Source: Parasitella parasitica NRRL 2501
Taxonomy: Eukaryota > Fungi > Mucoromycota
Length of the DNA: 64,000 bases
Assembly: GCA_025201805.1 (NCBI GenBank)
Contig: MU619257.1
Location: forward strand, 136,615 to 200,614
Direction of reading: 5' to 3'
Positions within the stretch are counted from its first letter, which is position 1. Every line of letters starts with the position of its first letter. The notes beneath the pieces were generated by a model. That model worked only from the letters and a program-made list of their open reading frames with translations. It did no database searches and was not told where the DNA came from. This document shows, one piece after another, positions 40,584 to 53,032 of this stretch. A program made the position numbers and the translations under genes.

Positions 40584-42232
40584 CACTATTTCCCAAAATG
40601 ATTGGGACACTTTTTGAAAACGCAAGAGACGAAATTAAAAAACAGATGAGACAGTTCTCGAATTTGATTGGCACAAAAATAAAAGTTAGCTCGAGACACT
40701 TGAGGAAAATGAATGAGACAAATTACGAGTTTCGAGTATCCCATACTACAAAGGTTGTTTATTCAAGCATACCTTGAACTTGTTAAAAGAATAACGGACA
40801 AATCCTTCAAGATCGTTATAAAAAACACTATTGCATGCATCAGCTATTCTGCTAGTGAGATTCTCGCTTGCCAATAGCTTTTCTCTTTTCAGCTTGCTTT
40901 TTACGACATGCCAAAATTGTTCGATGGGGTTTAGCTCTGGAGAGTATGGAGGAAGATATACACACCTATAGCCTCGCTGAACGATATATCTTTCAATGTC
41001 GTCGGCTGTATGAATAGGCGCGTTATCCATTATGATATAGAAGCCTTTGAACCTCTCATCCTTGTCCAGAACGTCTAGTGTCTTAGCTACAAAATTCAAA
41101 AAATGTCCTGTTACCGTACCCCCAGATCCTACTTTGCCAGAGGCTCCACCTATCTTTCTCTTCTTGTTAGAGACGCCGGGTATTCTTACTTGAACATTGA
41201 TGACACCCCAAACACTTACTGCGCCAAAAATAGTTGTGGTTTTGGCCCTCGTTGAGAGAACAACTACCTCAGCGCGGGTACCTTTCTCAGACCAAGCCAT
41301 TGTTCGCTTAAGGTTGACATGGAAAGCAGATTCATCAAGAAAGACGCAATTCGACATGTAGTCCATATCTGTTTGCTCCCATCTCTTCACCCATTCGTAG
41401 CGTCTTGAAATGCTTTCAGGGGAGTTTCTTTCCTTCGAGTGGAAATGGGCTTTCTTGAAGGACAAGGCACAGTCATTGACCATATATCGGTGGACAGACG
41501 ACTTGCTAACCTTTAAGCCAAGAAAAACTTCGATTAGACTTTCCATGGCCTGGTTTATAGTCGCAGATGGGTTATCCACAAATTCTTTCTTCAAGTGGTC
41601 CTTTTGGTCATCGTTGAGGAGTTTTGATCGGCCAATTTTCTTCTTCTCATCAGCTGAACCAGTAGTGTTTTCGCCAACACCGCTTCTGTTTTTGATTTTG
41701 TCTTGGTCCTCTTTATACCATCGATATGCAGTAGACCGAGGTATGTTGGCAGCTTTAGCAGCTTTACCGGCAGTCATATCATCATTATATACAAAGCTGA
41801 AGAACCTAGCCTTATCTTGTTCAGTATAAACATTATGTGTATGAATAGACGTCTTCTTATGTCCAACATTCTTCATCTCAACGTCGCGAGCAAGTTTCCC
41901 CTTTTCAGCAGATTTTCCGTCGATATAGGTACGGTAGTTTGTGATGTCCCCTAGTGGATAGTTCATATCGTCTACTTCCATGTTAACAGGCTCGTTTCCA
42001 CATTCGTCTACTGGAGGATTTACACCATCCTCTTGATAGAATTTGTAGGTAGTCATTTTGATTGTGAAGATGAAAATTCTCTGACTTTGTCTCGTGTCCC
42101 ATTCATATTCCTCAAGTGTCTCGAGCTAACTTTTATTTTTATGCAAATCAAATTCGAGAATTGTTCCATCTGTTTTTTTAATTTTGTCTCTTGCGTTTTC
42201 AAAAAGTGTCCCAACTATTTTGGTAAATAGTG
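40584..42232 (-). mobile_element. Tc1/mariner-IS630 DNA transposon with ~135-bp TIRs and TA target duplication
   Basis: Ends are TA|CACTATTTCCCAAAA... and ...TTTTGGTAAATAGTG|TA; the TIRs align with scattered mismatches over about 135 bp. Confidence 0.95.
40746..42056 (-). CDS. Tc1/IS630-type DD34E transposase, uninterrupted 436-aa ORF
   Basis: HTH region (AAKAANIPRSTAYRW), FLDES, IMDNAPIH, LPPYSPELNPIE; 34 residues lie between the second D and the E. Confidence 0.95.
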   Translation of the reverse strand: MTTYKFYQEDGVNPPVDECGNEPVNMEVDDMNYPLGDITNYRTYIDGKSAEKGKLARDVEMKNVGHKKTSIHTHNVYTEQDKARFFSFVYNDDMTAGKAAKAANIPRSTAYRWYKEDQDKIKNRSGVGENTTGSADEKKKIGRSKLLNDDQKDHLKKEFVDNPSATINQAMESLIEVFLGLKVSKSSVHRYMVNDCALSFKKAHFHSKERNSPESISRRYEWVKRWEQTDMDYMSNCVFLDESAFHVNLKRTMAWSEKGTRAEVVVLSTRAKTTTIFGAVSVWGVINVQVRIPGVSNKKRKIGGASGKVGSGGTVTGHFLNFVAKTLDVLDKDERFKGFYIIMDNAPIHTADDIERYIVQRGYRCVYLPPYSPELNPIEQFWHVVKSKLKREKLLASENLTSRIADACNSVFYNDLEGFVRYSFNKFKVCLNKQPL

Positions 42233-43006
42233 TATATCGTAAGTTGACAGGAAAACAAATACGCATGTTTCAAATTATAATACTGCTGGTAAGTTGTGAA
42301 ATGAGTTGGTTTTTTTTATGAAGCAATTTTTTCTCCTAAGTTCGAATTGCCGAGACGAAATGTTTGTACAAAGGATATTCGTATTTGATTTAAGTAGTTG
42401 TTCCTAAGGGTTTACTGTGTTTCTGTGATCTGTTCTTCAATTGGAATAGGCAACAATTAATAAAAGCAAATTACGAAAGAAAAGCTCTATGTTTATTTGA
42501 AGATCAACGTCTACTTTTAATGTCTCAGGTACCGAGTTCTTGGACAGACTACATCTTGTGTATCTTCTCTTATCACGTGCTTCCTTTCTTGGTAATCTAA
42601 GAATAAGTAATTTACGGCACTAATCAAAATTTGATACTCTGCGGTGCGGGTTTTGTGAAATTGGTAGCGATGTTTTGGAAAGATCTTGCAGTAAACAGGT
42701 CAATGCCGAGACTAATTAGACTGTTTTTCTGTTGTTTAAGTGTATATTATGTCGAATAACTAGGATATGGTATGGTATCTCAGCGATAGAATAGCAAATA
42801 ATTATATATGACAGTATTTTAAACGTAAGAAAGTTCGATTTATTTCAAATATGAAGCATAATTCCATATATATGTCTAAAATGAGACGTTCCCAGAATTC
42901 AACATCAGGTTCAGGAACGTAGCTTCAATTGGCTCAGACTCTGATCACGTGCGGGTGATCAATTAGCACCACCAAAAACAATTTACATCTGTAAAAAATT
43001 AAGACA

Positions 43007-43088
43007 GTCGCTTTGTCCGAGTGGTTAAGGAGTGTGATTAGAAATCACATATGCTCTGCATGCGCAGGTTCAAATCCTGCAGGCGACG
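43007..43088 (+). tRNA. tRNA-Ser(AGA)
   Basis: Acceptor stem GTCGCTT/AGGCGAC with discriminator G; D-arm GTCCGAGTGGTTAAGGAG; anticodon arm TGTGA-TTAGAAA-TCACA; long variable arm; T-arm GCAGG-TTCAAAT-CCTGC. Confidence 0.95.
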
Positions 43089-43832
43089 ATATTATTTTTA
43101 AAAATAAGAATGTGGTGCATGTAGCACATAAAAGAAAAATTCGTTCCACTCGCGGAATATCAGAGTGGGCATAGTTCTGTCACGCTGCACCCTATTTTTT
43201 CTTCTAAGATAAAATTATCAACCTGTCAACTGCCAATCCATTGTCTTTATCACTATTCAAAACCAATAACTTCCAATTTAATCTAGGTTCAATGCCTGAT
43301 TTATCAAAAATGTGAAATACATTCACTATGATGATCTGCATTCCACTTCTAGATTCATCCAGTTACCTTAAATTGATATAGACTACATATGCGCACAGAT
43401 AATAAGATGTGCAATACAGATTTATACTATATAAGATATAAGCTAGAGATGGCACCATTAGGATGGATGACGCTATAGACTGATACTTATATCTCGACAC
43501 GAGCCTTAGACATTTACTAGATTTAGTATATGCTACGAGCTTATGCTATATAAGATCTATGCTTCAGATGCGTATTCCCAGTTTCTAGATACGCACTACA
43601 AGACATATACTTATATCCATGATACTAACTACAGATACATCACGTACTACAGACTTGTACAATATGTGCAATGCTATAGATATGCTTATGACATGCTATA
43701 GACATGCTACATATACCAATATATGCTAAGATGAATACCAAGTGATATACACTCAGACATGTACTATTAATAAAGACTGGATAAGACTATACAAGGAATG
43801 ATATACGCTTATGGATAGAAGATTGATCAGGG

Positions 43833-44060
43833 TGTTGTGCCAGTGTCAAAGGGCGCAGCGTAATGTCATGTAAAATATGATTCGTATAAAGTAATAAGAC
43901 TTTTCTGAATAAAACCAGATACAAAACTGAAGACTTTTATTGAAATAAGATATGATCTCTATTTATACTAAAATATATCCTAATCAATGTTTATCCACAT
44001 AACATCTGATGTTTGACAAGAAGTGTCAAACCTTATTAAATTACAGCATTTCCAGGACAG
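43833..44060 (-). mobile_element. Partial LTR related to, and interrupted by, the adjacent solo LTR
   Basis: Starts TGTTGTGCCAG like 44061; shares accagatacaaaact, tctatttata and the gtttgaca...tgtcaaac hairpin. Confidence 0.7.
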
Positions 44061-44535
44061 TGTTGTGCCAGGTCTTGAAATTGAGCACAGCAGGTAATTG
44101 TATATGATATGAAGAATATAAGAAAGTGATAAAGACTTAATTTACCAGATACAAAACTATTGATTTATTGATTGACAAGAAGCTGTCTATTTATATTAGA
44201 ATAAATCTATCTGAATCAATCTATAAAATACAATCAGGTCATGTTTGACATTTAATTGTCAAACAAGATTATAACACAGTAGTAGTCAGAGCAAAACCTA
44301 TTTCTATATTTAATCAGCTAATCGTTATGAATGTGGATCATTCATCGATAAGTTGAGCTTCGCAATTGAATAAGTAGAACCCAAATAGATGGTTTCTTAT
44401 ACAAGACATTCTATTGAATACTTCTATTTACTAGATAGAATAATCAATGCCATTTAACCTTAGATCCGATCAGGAACGGTTGCCATGACAACTGAGTTGA
44501 GATAGTGGCAACCATGGTATTCTATGGATACAACA
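44061..44535 (-). mobile_element. Solo LTR (475 bp) with TGTTG...CAACA termini and 5-bp TSD GACAG
   Basis: GACAG (44056-44060) | TGTTGT ... ACAACA | GACAG (44536-44540). Orientation inferred from minus-strand TATAAATA and AATAAA signals. Confidence 0.88.
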
Positions 44536-44712
44536 GACAGACCTATCTTTCTATTTTACATTAAAGAGAAGATTGGGTAGGATGTCGGGAAGACATCCCG
44601 CGATCTGATCTAGATTAAGCAGTGAATGGACCGGCTGAAAAAAAGAAACTGTTTTGAAAAGGTCCGAAAACCACTGTATTATAAGATTCGCTGATGACTA
44701 CATGAAGGATAT

Positions 44713-44958
44713 TGTTGTGCGGTGGCGTGTGCCATGTAGTCTCATTGCCACCATATATTAGTTAGACGCAAAACACTCCCTCTCACTATCAAGTATTATA
44801 TAATTTATATCTTATCCAAACAAATAAACAATAGTCTTTATCCCATTAACCATTAGTTTTGGTAACCTTGGTTATATCTCTGTTGTGTGTTATACAGTCG
44901 TTATTGAACAATCGCTTAGTTTAAATCCAATATCAGGTAAATATCGGTCCACGCAACA
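44713..44958. mobile_element. Probable third solo LTR (246 bp)
   Basis: TGTTG...CAACA ends, internal TATA-rich tract and AATAAA; the flanks GATAT/GTATA are not a perfect TSD. Confidence 0.5.
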
Positions 44959-45144
44959 GTATAATGAAGGAGGCAGTACAAAACGAATTAAATGATATAC
45001 ATTAGATGGGTGCTATTGCATCCATATAATACGTCAATCAATACTATGCGTAGAGGATATAGGAACATGATTTCAAAAAAAAAAAAAAAAAAGTATAATA
45101 TCAGACACAGAAATGACTTTATTGATAAGAAAATGCCATATTTT

Positions 45145-45215
45145 ATACTAGACGGGCTGGCCACCCTGCCCACTCTGGTGATTTTTGCACCTTCGCTACG
45201 CTGCGGTAAAAATCG
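45145..45215 (-). mobile_element. Possible Helitron-like 3' terminus
   Basis: Minus strand has GC-rich hairpin-forming segments (ATTTTTACC...GGTGCAAAAAT; GGGC...GCCC) immediately followed by CTAG|T in otherwise AT-rich DNA. Confidence 0.35.
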
Positions 45216-46799
45216 ACCCTCATTTACACTCCTGATCGAATCCAAGGATGAATATCACTGGTTATTTTATAAAAAATAGAAGCAATCATGGAATTTCTTG
45301 CATATAAGTGTTATATCTGTAGAATAACCATGTTTACCATATTATTTCAATTCATTTGTCATTGCAAACGTTCCTAATCGAATCCAAGGTTATATGTCAC
45401 CACATGTTCTATTATATAGTAAATAGTAATAATTAATAGAACGTCTTGTATAAGAAAGTATCTATTTAGGTTCTACTTGTTTTATTTTGCGAAGCTAAAC
45501 TTATCGATGAATGATTCACATTCATATTAATTGGCTGATAGGATAGGTCTTGTTTGGAAATTGTACTGCTTTTAAAGGGGTAATACCGTTGATTATAAGA
45601 TGTAGAAGCACAGTTCAGAGCAGAAGAAATTGTACAGTAATTCAACATATGAAAGCTTAAGTTACAACTAATTCTAAGGATGCCCCATAAATACCACAAC
45701 TTTAGTAATTTGTATATGATATTATTTCACACAACTTCAGTTCGTATCCATCGGCATTCGGTTCCACAGAGCCTAGTAGAAGATAAACAAATGTAGGCGT
45801 TGGTGGCTCCTTTTAGAAAGCTTCCAGACCATGCAGTCTCTGTTTCTTGATAAAATTATCCATTAATACAATAAAAGCAGTTTTAAAGAGCAAAAAAGAA
45901 TGTCAATATCAGTTTGTTAACTACCCTTGACCAAGTAATAGCCAAGTGTAAACAAGTATACTATCGCAAGAAAATGGAATGTGTAGCGACGGGATTAGCT
46001 TCCAAATTCAACAAAACTGAGCGGAACGCCACTCAATAGTCTTTTAAATACCATTAATAAGCAATTGGTAATGGTATTCTTTCGGTCAAATTCTGCTCAT
46101 CTTCCAGACGTTGTAAAGATAGTTGGCCCGCTTTATGCGGTTGTTTTGCTTGAAATTGAATTGACGTAACGGTAAAACAGACTGAGTAATGCAGTGCTGT
46201 GTACGCTGATAGTTTATGATGACCAACTAATATAGCGCTTATACAATGGATTTTCAAAAACTATGTTTGCTGCCTTTTATGAGCCGTCCAAAACAGAGCT
46301 ACCCAGTTTTCCTGTCATAAGTGTTATAAAAAAGAAATCAGACATGAACACACATCCAGCTATGCAAGAAGTTTTTGGCGGTTGAAATAGAATCAGATAC
46401 GAAAAGAAGTAAAAAAAAAAACTTTCATTAATCGAAAGGTTTGATTAGTGTAAGTCATCATAGATGTTCAGGAACCATTTGAGAGGCGTTGCCCCGATGG
46501 GCAGTCAATTTGACAATGTCTACTCGTAATCCTATAAATCAAAGCACGGAAACGGAAGGGTTAGGCTATTACTAAGAGATAATACTGTTTCTGTGTGAAA
46601 TTTGCCATCAGAGACATTTGTAATTTTGGCAAAAGGGTTCGATAACATTTCTTTAAAAAAAGTTAGTCAGTGTACAATCTTAGACTCTTGATGTTTACGA
46701 TGCTGAGAATTGTATCGGGTTAATTCGTACATTTGTGGGACAAATAAATTTGCACAATTGCTAATCTTTTGTATATTTCTTTTCTTTTCTTTTCTTTTC

Positions 46800-48246
46800 A
46801 TGATGATTTATACCGAAAACCCTGTCATTGTTGTAGGCGCTGGTGTAATTGGCCTTTCTGTTGCATTGCAGCTGAAGCTAAAGGGATACAAAAAGGTTAC
46901 CATCGTAGCTAAATATATTCCAGGTGATCTTTGTATTGAATACACATCACCGTATGCAGGTAAATATGCACATGTAAAAAGACAATTTAGGCTGTTTATA
47001 TTAAAACTTACCACATTTAGGTGCCCATTGGAGATCCATGGCGCCGGGTAGTAACAAATTGCTGCAAAGTATGTGTTGGCTGTGCCATTGAATTGCTAAT
47101 TCGATCTAACTGAAGTATCAAGAGTTCGATGCTGTAACATATGATAGGTTTATGAATCTCGCTCATTCCTCAGATAATCCTGGCATTATGATTCTACCCA
47201 GCTATGACTATTACGATGATGCTTCGTCTCCTGATATCACTGATCCATGGTTTAAAGACGTAGTTCGAGATGTAGGTTTTATACATAAAATGTTACGTCT
47301 GAAAGTCTTATTGATTGTTGCTCTACAAGTTTGAATTTTTGACGGAGAAGGATGGCTTGCCGCATGGAGCACAATTAGGGCACAAATACACGACTGGTAA
47401 CTTGAAATAAATAATTGTTATCAAAAGCTAATGTTGATGTTAGTGCTTATCAACACACCTGTCTACATTACATGGCTTGCTTCTAAATTCAAGGCTTTAG
47501 GAGGAGAAATTGTTCAACGCAATCTCGGCCATATTGATGAAGTTTTCGGCCTACAAGAGGATCCCAATGTAATTAACTGCACTGGATTGGGCGCTCGATA
47601 TATAGGCGGTGTCAATGACGAAGCCGTATTCCCTACTAGAGGACAAACGATTGTTGTCAAAGCAACGCATATTAAAAAAACCATTACACACTTAGGTCAG
47701 TGGTTTGGAACTCAGTATCTTATTAGTAGGCGACTTTTGTCCTAAATAGTAAATTTGTATAGGGACACAAGGCATCAATTATGTGATCCCAAGATCTGAT
47801 GGAACGGTTATTCTGGGCGGAACTGCCAATAAACATGATTTGTAAGCTTTTCTTGGAACTTGGTATACACAGAACAGCTAATTCAATGATAGCAATCCAT
47901 TTCCGGAGGCACAAGCCAGCAAGACCATCTTGGAAAAGACACTTGCACTATGTCCTGAATTGAAGGATCAACCATTAGATATTGTAAAATACAACGTTGG
48001 CTTGCGTCCGTCCAGAATTGGTGGTGTACGTATTGAAAATGAGTTGCTCAGTAAGTATATTTCCTTTGACGGGGATGCAATATTGTACTAATCAGCCTAG
48101 CTTCGAGAAACAAAAAACAGACTATCCAAGTAACGCATGGCTATGGCCATGGAGGTTTTGGTGTCCAATCCAGCTGGGGCTGTGCCGAGTACATTGTCCA
48201 AGTCATGCAGGATGGGCTCACCGAATCGAAGGCAGCTCGTCTCTAG
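46800..48246 (+). CDS. D-amino-acid oxidase (peroxisomal, PTS1 -ARL), multi-exon
   Basis: VVGAGVIGLS FAD motif; YTSPYAGAHW; INCTGLGA; PTRGQT; YVIPR.DG..ILGGT; VGLRPSR.GG; HGYGHGGFG.QSSWGCA; ends ...SKAARL*. Confidence 0.92.
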
Positions 48247-48522
48247 CTATGGCGACTATTTTGAACACTTGCTATCAGCACACGGTAAATCTATCGTTTT
48301 AAACAAATATGTAATATGCCAGTTGTACAATACAAAACTCGGATGGTGCATTTTACTATTAAAAGGATGATGCTCTTTTTTTGTTTATCGTATTTACATA
48401 TTTTCAAATGGGTTGCTATTATTGTACTTTAGGCAGGGCCATTGCCAAGGGTGCAATGTATTGTGGAATGATTCGAAGCACACCAGAGAAATGTTGTTTC
48501 AATTACACATAGTTGCTATTTG

Positions 48523-48819
48523 CTAGCTGGTACAAACGATGGTATCTCCTAATGGCTTCTCAATTACTTGAATTTGTGAGTGTACTTGAAGTGAAGCTGT
48601 ATGGAGAGTATTGTAAATGCTCGTTAGATGCACTGCAAATTGGGCTTTTGACAAATACGTTCTCCCACATTCCGCACAATACGTAATCTTATCTTTGGTG
48701 TCTATTTGTGGACTTTTCGTGCCCTCATTGCTATGACTTGAAGATGGTAGTCTTGTCACATCAAGAAAAGACAGCACTTTTTTCCTCATGCCACGCTTGG
48801 TCTTAGTTTTTGCCTTCAT
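48523..48819 (-). pseudogene. Degenerate C2H2 zinc-finger protein fragment
   Basis: YCAECGRTYLSKAQFAVHLTSIY lacks the final His; short ORF with no clear continuation. Confidence 0.35.
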
Positions 48820-49080
48820 TTTTGCATTCTACTGAGAGAAAAATGAACAAAGCTTTGACAGATATGCTTGTCTTTACAACCTTGTTGCAAGCCATTTTGA
48901 CACGGAGTGTAACAACACACTGAAATTTATAATATATTAGACACAAGCATTATGAAATCCATAGATTAGAGATAACAGCAATTGAAAATAATACACATAA
49001 TTGATAAATCGATACCATTATTAAGATGATAATTTCGAAATTTGTATTGGGATGTTGGTATAGAAAAAAGAAAGGTATAG

Positions 49081-51262
49081 TTATGCTCTATGAATAATGC
49101 ATCGTTTAACCGGATCAGTAGGTTCTGCCGAATTCCATTGAGTGATAGTTGAAAAAGATACAAATGCCATACTATAGAAAGAGTTATTTTTGTTAGTATG
49201 CTTTGAACTGTTCGGTAAAGGAATCGCATTACCATATTATGCCAAACAAAATCAGCGCAAAATTAGCGATGCGTCGAGTTGGAGGCAGCTCCAAAGCTTT
49301 CAAGTGGAATAAAGGGGGGAAAACAAAGCACAGTGGGATGCAAAACAAGGCGCCAACCAAAGACACAAACTTGTCCAGTTTATCCTTTGAGCCCACAATG
49401 CCGATGCCTGCACATAAAAATACAACGAAAACTCGAAACACATTCTTTTGCCACTTGACAATGGCATTGTTCTTTCCTGATTTGGTAGTGAATAGCCCGT
49501 TCTCCATGATGCGAATAGCAGGAAATAGCTGCAGCGGTATCGACAGGCAGATGGCCAGCGAATAGAGCGTCTGGATAGATGACACCATGGGATCTTTGCT
49601 GGGTAAATTTAGCAAAATGATGGTCTGCACATTCTCGCCAAATGTCATGTAGGATAAAGCGCCCATTGTGATAAACAAGCAAGTGATCACAGTAAGCGCT
49701 CTTGTTAGCACTCGAGGGAACTTTTTGGGATCCCTCATGGATTCAGTGATGGGAATAACTAAGAAAAAAAAAAAGGTTAGCAAGGCAGTCATCTCCTTGC
49801 ATGGCCCACTAACCTAGTCCAATGCCTTCAAACGTAAATGCTGCAGTACCAAGGAATAATGGATAGTGCAGTGGATTCCACATTTCCACCTGAACCATAC
49901 CAATCGTAAACAGCTCTTTTATATCATAGTAGACCAAATAGATCAGCCCAATCACGATAAAGACGTCTGCAATCAGTGCAAAAACTGATAGTCTCTGGAT
50001 CTTTCTGATCATGGCCAGCGGAATGAAAGCAAAGCTTTGCGCCAGTATCAAAAGATGCATAGGAATCGTAACTCGACATTTCGAAAAGGTAAGGACCAAT
50101 GACTGCAAATTTTCTGCAACAAAGATCATGTAAGCACATACGAATCCAATCTGTGACAATGTGATGGCGACAAGCACAGCAACCCGCATACGAGACCCAT
50201 ATAACACACCTCCCATGTCCCCAAAGCTGGCCGGAACAACCAGGCGAGTTTGCACAAGCAACAGAAATGACCACAACGAAATCAACGCCCATGCAATGAT
50301 GGCAAAGGTGGAGAAAACAAGGCCTCCATTGTAGAATCTGAATGGAAACAGGTCAGACTACACGCCATGCCAAGCCATGTGGAAATTACTTACGCTTTAG
50401 GCAAAAACATAATACCTGTCGTGACAAATGACTTTAGCAATAGAAACATGGCCTTGCCAGGTGTTGCTTTTCCTTGCAAAGTCTGTCCTGGACGTGATCT
50501 CGACAGCAGTGGCATCGTCTCTCGAGCTTGCAATTGCTTGTATTGTATGGGAACTAGCGGTTTTTTCGAGTTTGCTGAGGTGGGCAATGGCAAACCTTGA
50601 GTCGTATCGGATGCACCGTAAGAATACGATGCATTATTTAAAGGTGGGCGGTAGGCCATGATGCCACCCTCAGGAATGCTGTCTTCTTCACTGCTTGCAT
50701 CGTCTTCGCTCGAGTGGTAGGAATCAGACGAGGAATTAGACGAAGATGATTCTGCATCGCTCAGATTTTCACCGCCAAAATGGCCATACAAGCACAGAAA
50801 CTCGACAAAACTGGATGTAACAAAATTAGGCGGCTTCTTTCCTTGTTGCGCTGCTTTGCTTAAAACGTAGTGGCGCCTGAACCCACCCGGCTGCTTTAAC
50901 GATTGCAATGATACGTCGATCGTTGGCTCACGGTGAGCAGGTAACGATACACTTTGAGTTCGATTTCTCTTTTGTTGCTTGTCCTCTACTTGAGCTGTCC
51001 ATTTGTAAATTTCGTCCAGAATAGATCCGCCAGGTAAGAGATGGTGTGTGTTGTACGTTGGCTGCTTCTTCTCATCCTGCTGCTGCTTAAGTTTTTGCTC
51101 TTTTTTATGTTGCTTCTGCTGTTTGCGCTGTTTGCGTTGTTTACTTGAAGGATACGGCGGTATCAGAGAAGACGAGGATGATGCAGGGTGGTAAACAAGG
51201 TGGCGTTTCACTACTTTGGCTACTTGTTCGACAGGCAAGTCAATGGTTACTGAGCGTTCCAT
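49081..51262 (-). CDS. Vacuolar amino-acid transporter, Avt3/Avt4 family, multi-exon (start uncertain)
   Basis: PGGFRRHYV, FVEFLCLYGHFGGE, LLLKSFVTTGIMFLPKA, SQIGFVCAY, FTFEGIGL, PLQLFPAIRIME, LDKFVSLVG; the last exon ends at 49081. Confidence 0.9.
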
Positions 51263-53032
51263 CTGCTAGATTTGTTTCAATGCCAAATTGTCTGTTGAAT
51301 GTGTCGTCAAAAGAAAAAAAGAAGAATTTGCGAAAAAAAAAAAAGAGGAAAAAAAAAATCAAAGGCTCACATTCTCATCAAACGTCTCTTACCACTATCA
51401 CCCTACTGCTACTATCTCCCCAATACACACACCTCTGCTTACTACTCTCACCCATGGTACAAATGACTTGTGACGGCCTGTGCTTTTGAAATCTTGCAAA
51501 TCGCTGCTTTCATGCCATATCGTGATCTCTTACATATCTCTATTAATCAATTGCGTTCATTCTACTTTCCTGCTGTCATAACTTCAAGTTGGAATCATCA
51601 TGACATTACTGTTTTGTAAGATTTGTGTGTGTGGTAATCTTCCATTTTCGCAGTGGCGAGTTTTGAGCGACGACGACGATTTGGTGGATGAAAGTCCGAC
51701 TCTTTTTTTTTTTTTTTTGGATCTTGGAGGTCGGTTAGTGAAGCAATTTGATCCTTTTCTTCGCATTTATGTAGATTATTCAATAAATTGTATATAAAAC
51801 AGACAATACTCAATAATTGAAAATAGTACAGAATTGCATTGCTCATAAATTGGTATAGCTCTTAAAAAAATAGCTCACCAAAAATTTTGCATAACATTGA
51901 ATAAAAGCAAAGCATTATTATTAGCCAAAAGTCACAATACATACTATGTAATATGCAAATAAGCGTTTTGAAGCAGTGCAGAAACGTTATATGCTCATTT
52001 TGTTTCAGTAACTATCTTAATGAAAAGTTTTATTTTTTGACTGAAAAATCCGAAAAACTAAATTTTGGCGATTTTGATGCATAGTTGTAAGGCTTGGAGG
52101 ATCAATTTTGCGAGATTTTCAATTTTTGAGATACTGTGATAGGAAGTAGGCACAGAGTAAGAGTGGTTGTTTGGTGCAAATACGAGCTCTTAAAACTGCA
52201 TAAAACGGCCAAAATCAAGCTTTGAAAATCATACACTTTTGGATGTTTTAGGTACATGTATCAATATCCACTATACAAAAAGACTCTATACCAAAGTTTT
52301 TGTCTGCTTGGATACATTGCTACGTCTATCAAGCATATTCTGTAACACATTGCTTGGGCCAATTTTATGAAAATGGGCTTGTTTGAGTCGACTGAATTTG
52401 GTTACTCCACCTTCGAAAAAAAAAAACAGCAGCCAAATGAAAAGTTGTACATAAATTTGGCAGCGTGTTTGAAAGTAAAAAATATAGATAAAACCTCATT
52501 ACCATTCAGTATTGAAAAACTGCATTTATACTTGATTAAATGCACGGAATAAAGTATTAAAAATACTTTTGAAGTATGGACATTCTGTAAATTTTGTCTG
52601 CTGATTACCATGACAATATTGGTTCACCGACTTTAAATCGAATTATCAACAAGATAAAGCAAATATGCTAAAGGACCACACATAAAATTGAACTGTGTTT
52701 TAGGGTTTGCATAAAACAGAAGATCGACTATTATAGGATACTGTTTTTTCCTGCCATGTAAAAAATTGCAGAAAATCTGAGTAAGCCTACGTACAAACAC
52801 GAAAGACGTTGATCTAAAACCGATATTTTTATTACGCCAATGAACTGAACATCCGTCAGCTCTAGTTTCCTTGTGTGAAACGATGAGGCAATCTCAGTGA
52901 CTTGCAGCAACCATTTGGTAATGGATATATTGCAAATGGGTTACTTTGCATGTTACAAAGTTGTTGCAAACGAATTAGAACTACGAACTGCTTTCTCCCT
53001 TTTTTTATTTATTTTATTGAAGCATTTCAGTT

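Noticed and set aside
48244-48264. Stop-codon readthrough after DAO (TAG CTA)
   Set aside because: The PTS1 (-ARL) is already before the stop; the extension would end -RLF and mask it, and the usual leaky context is TGA CTA.
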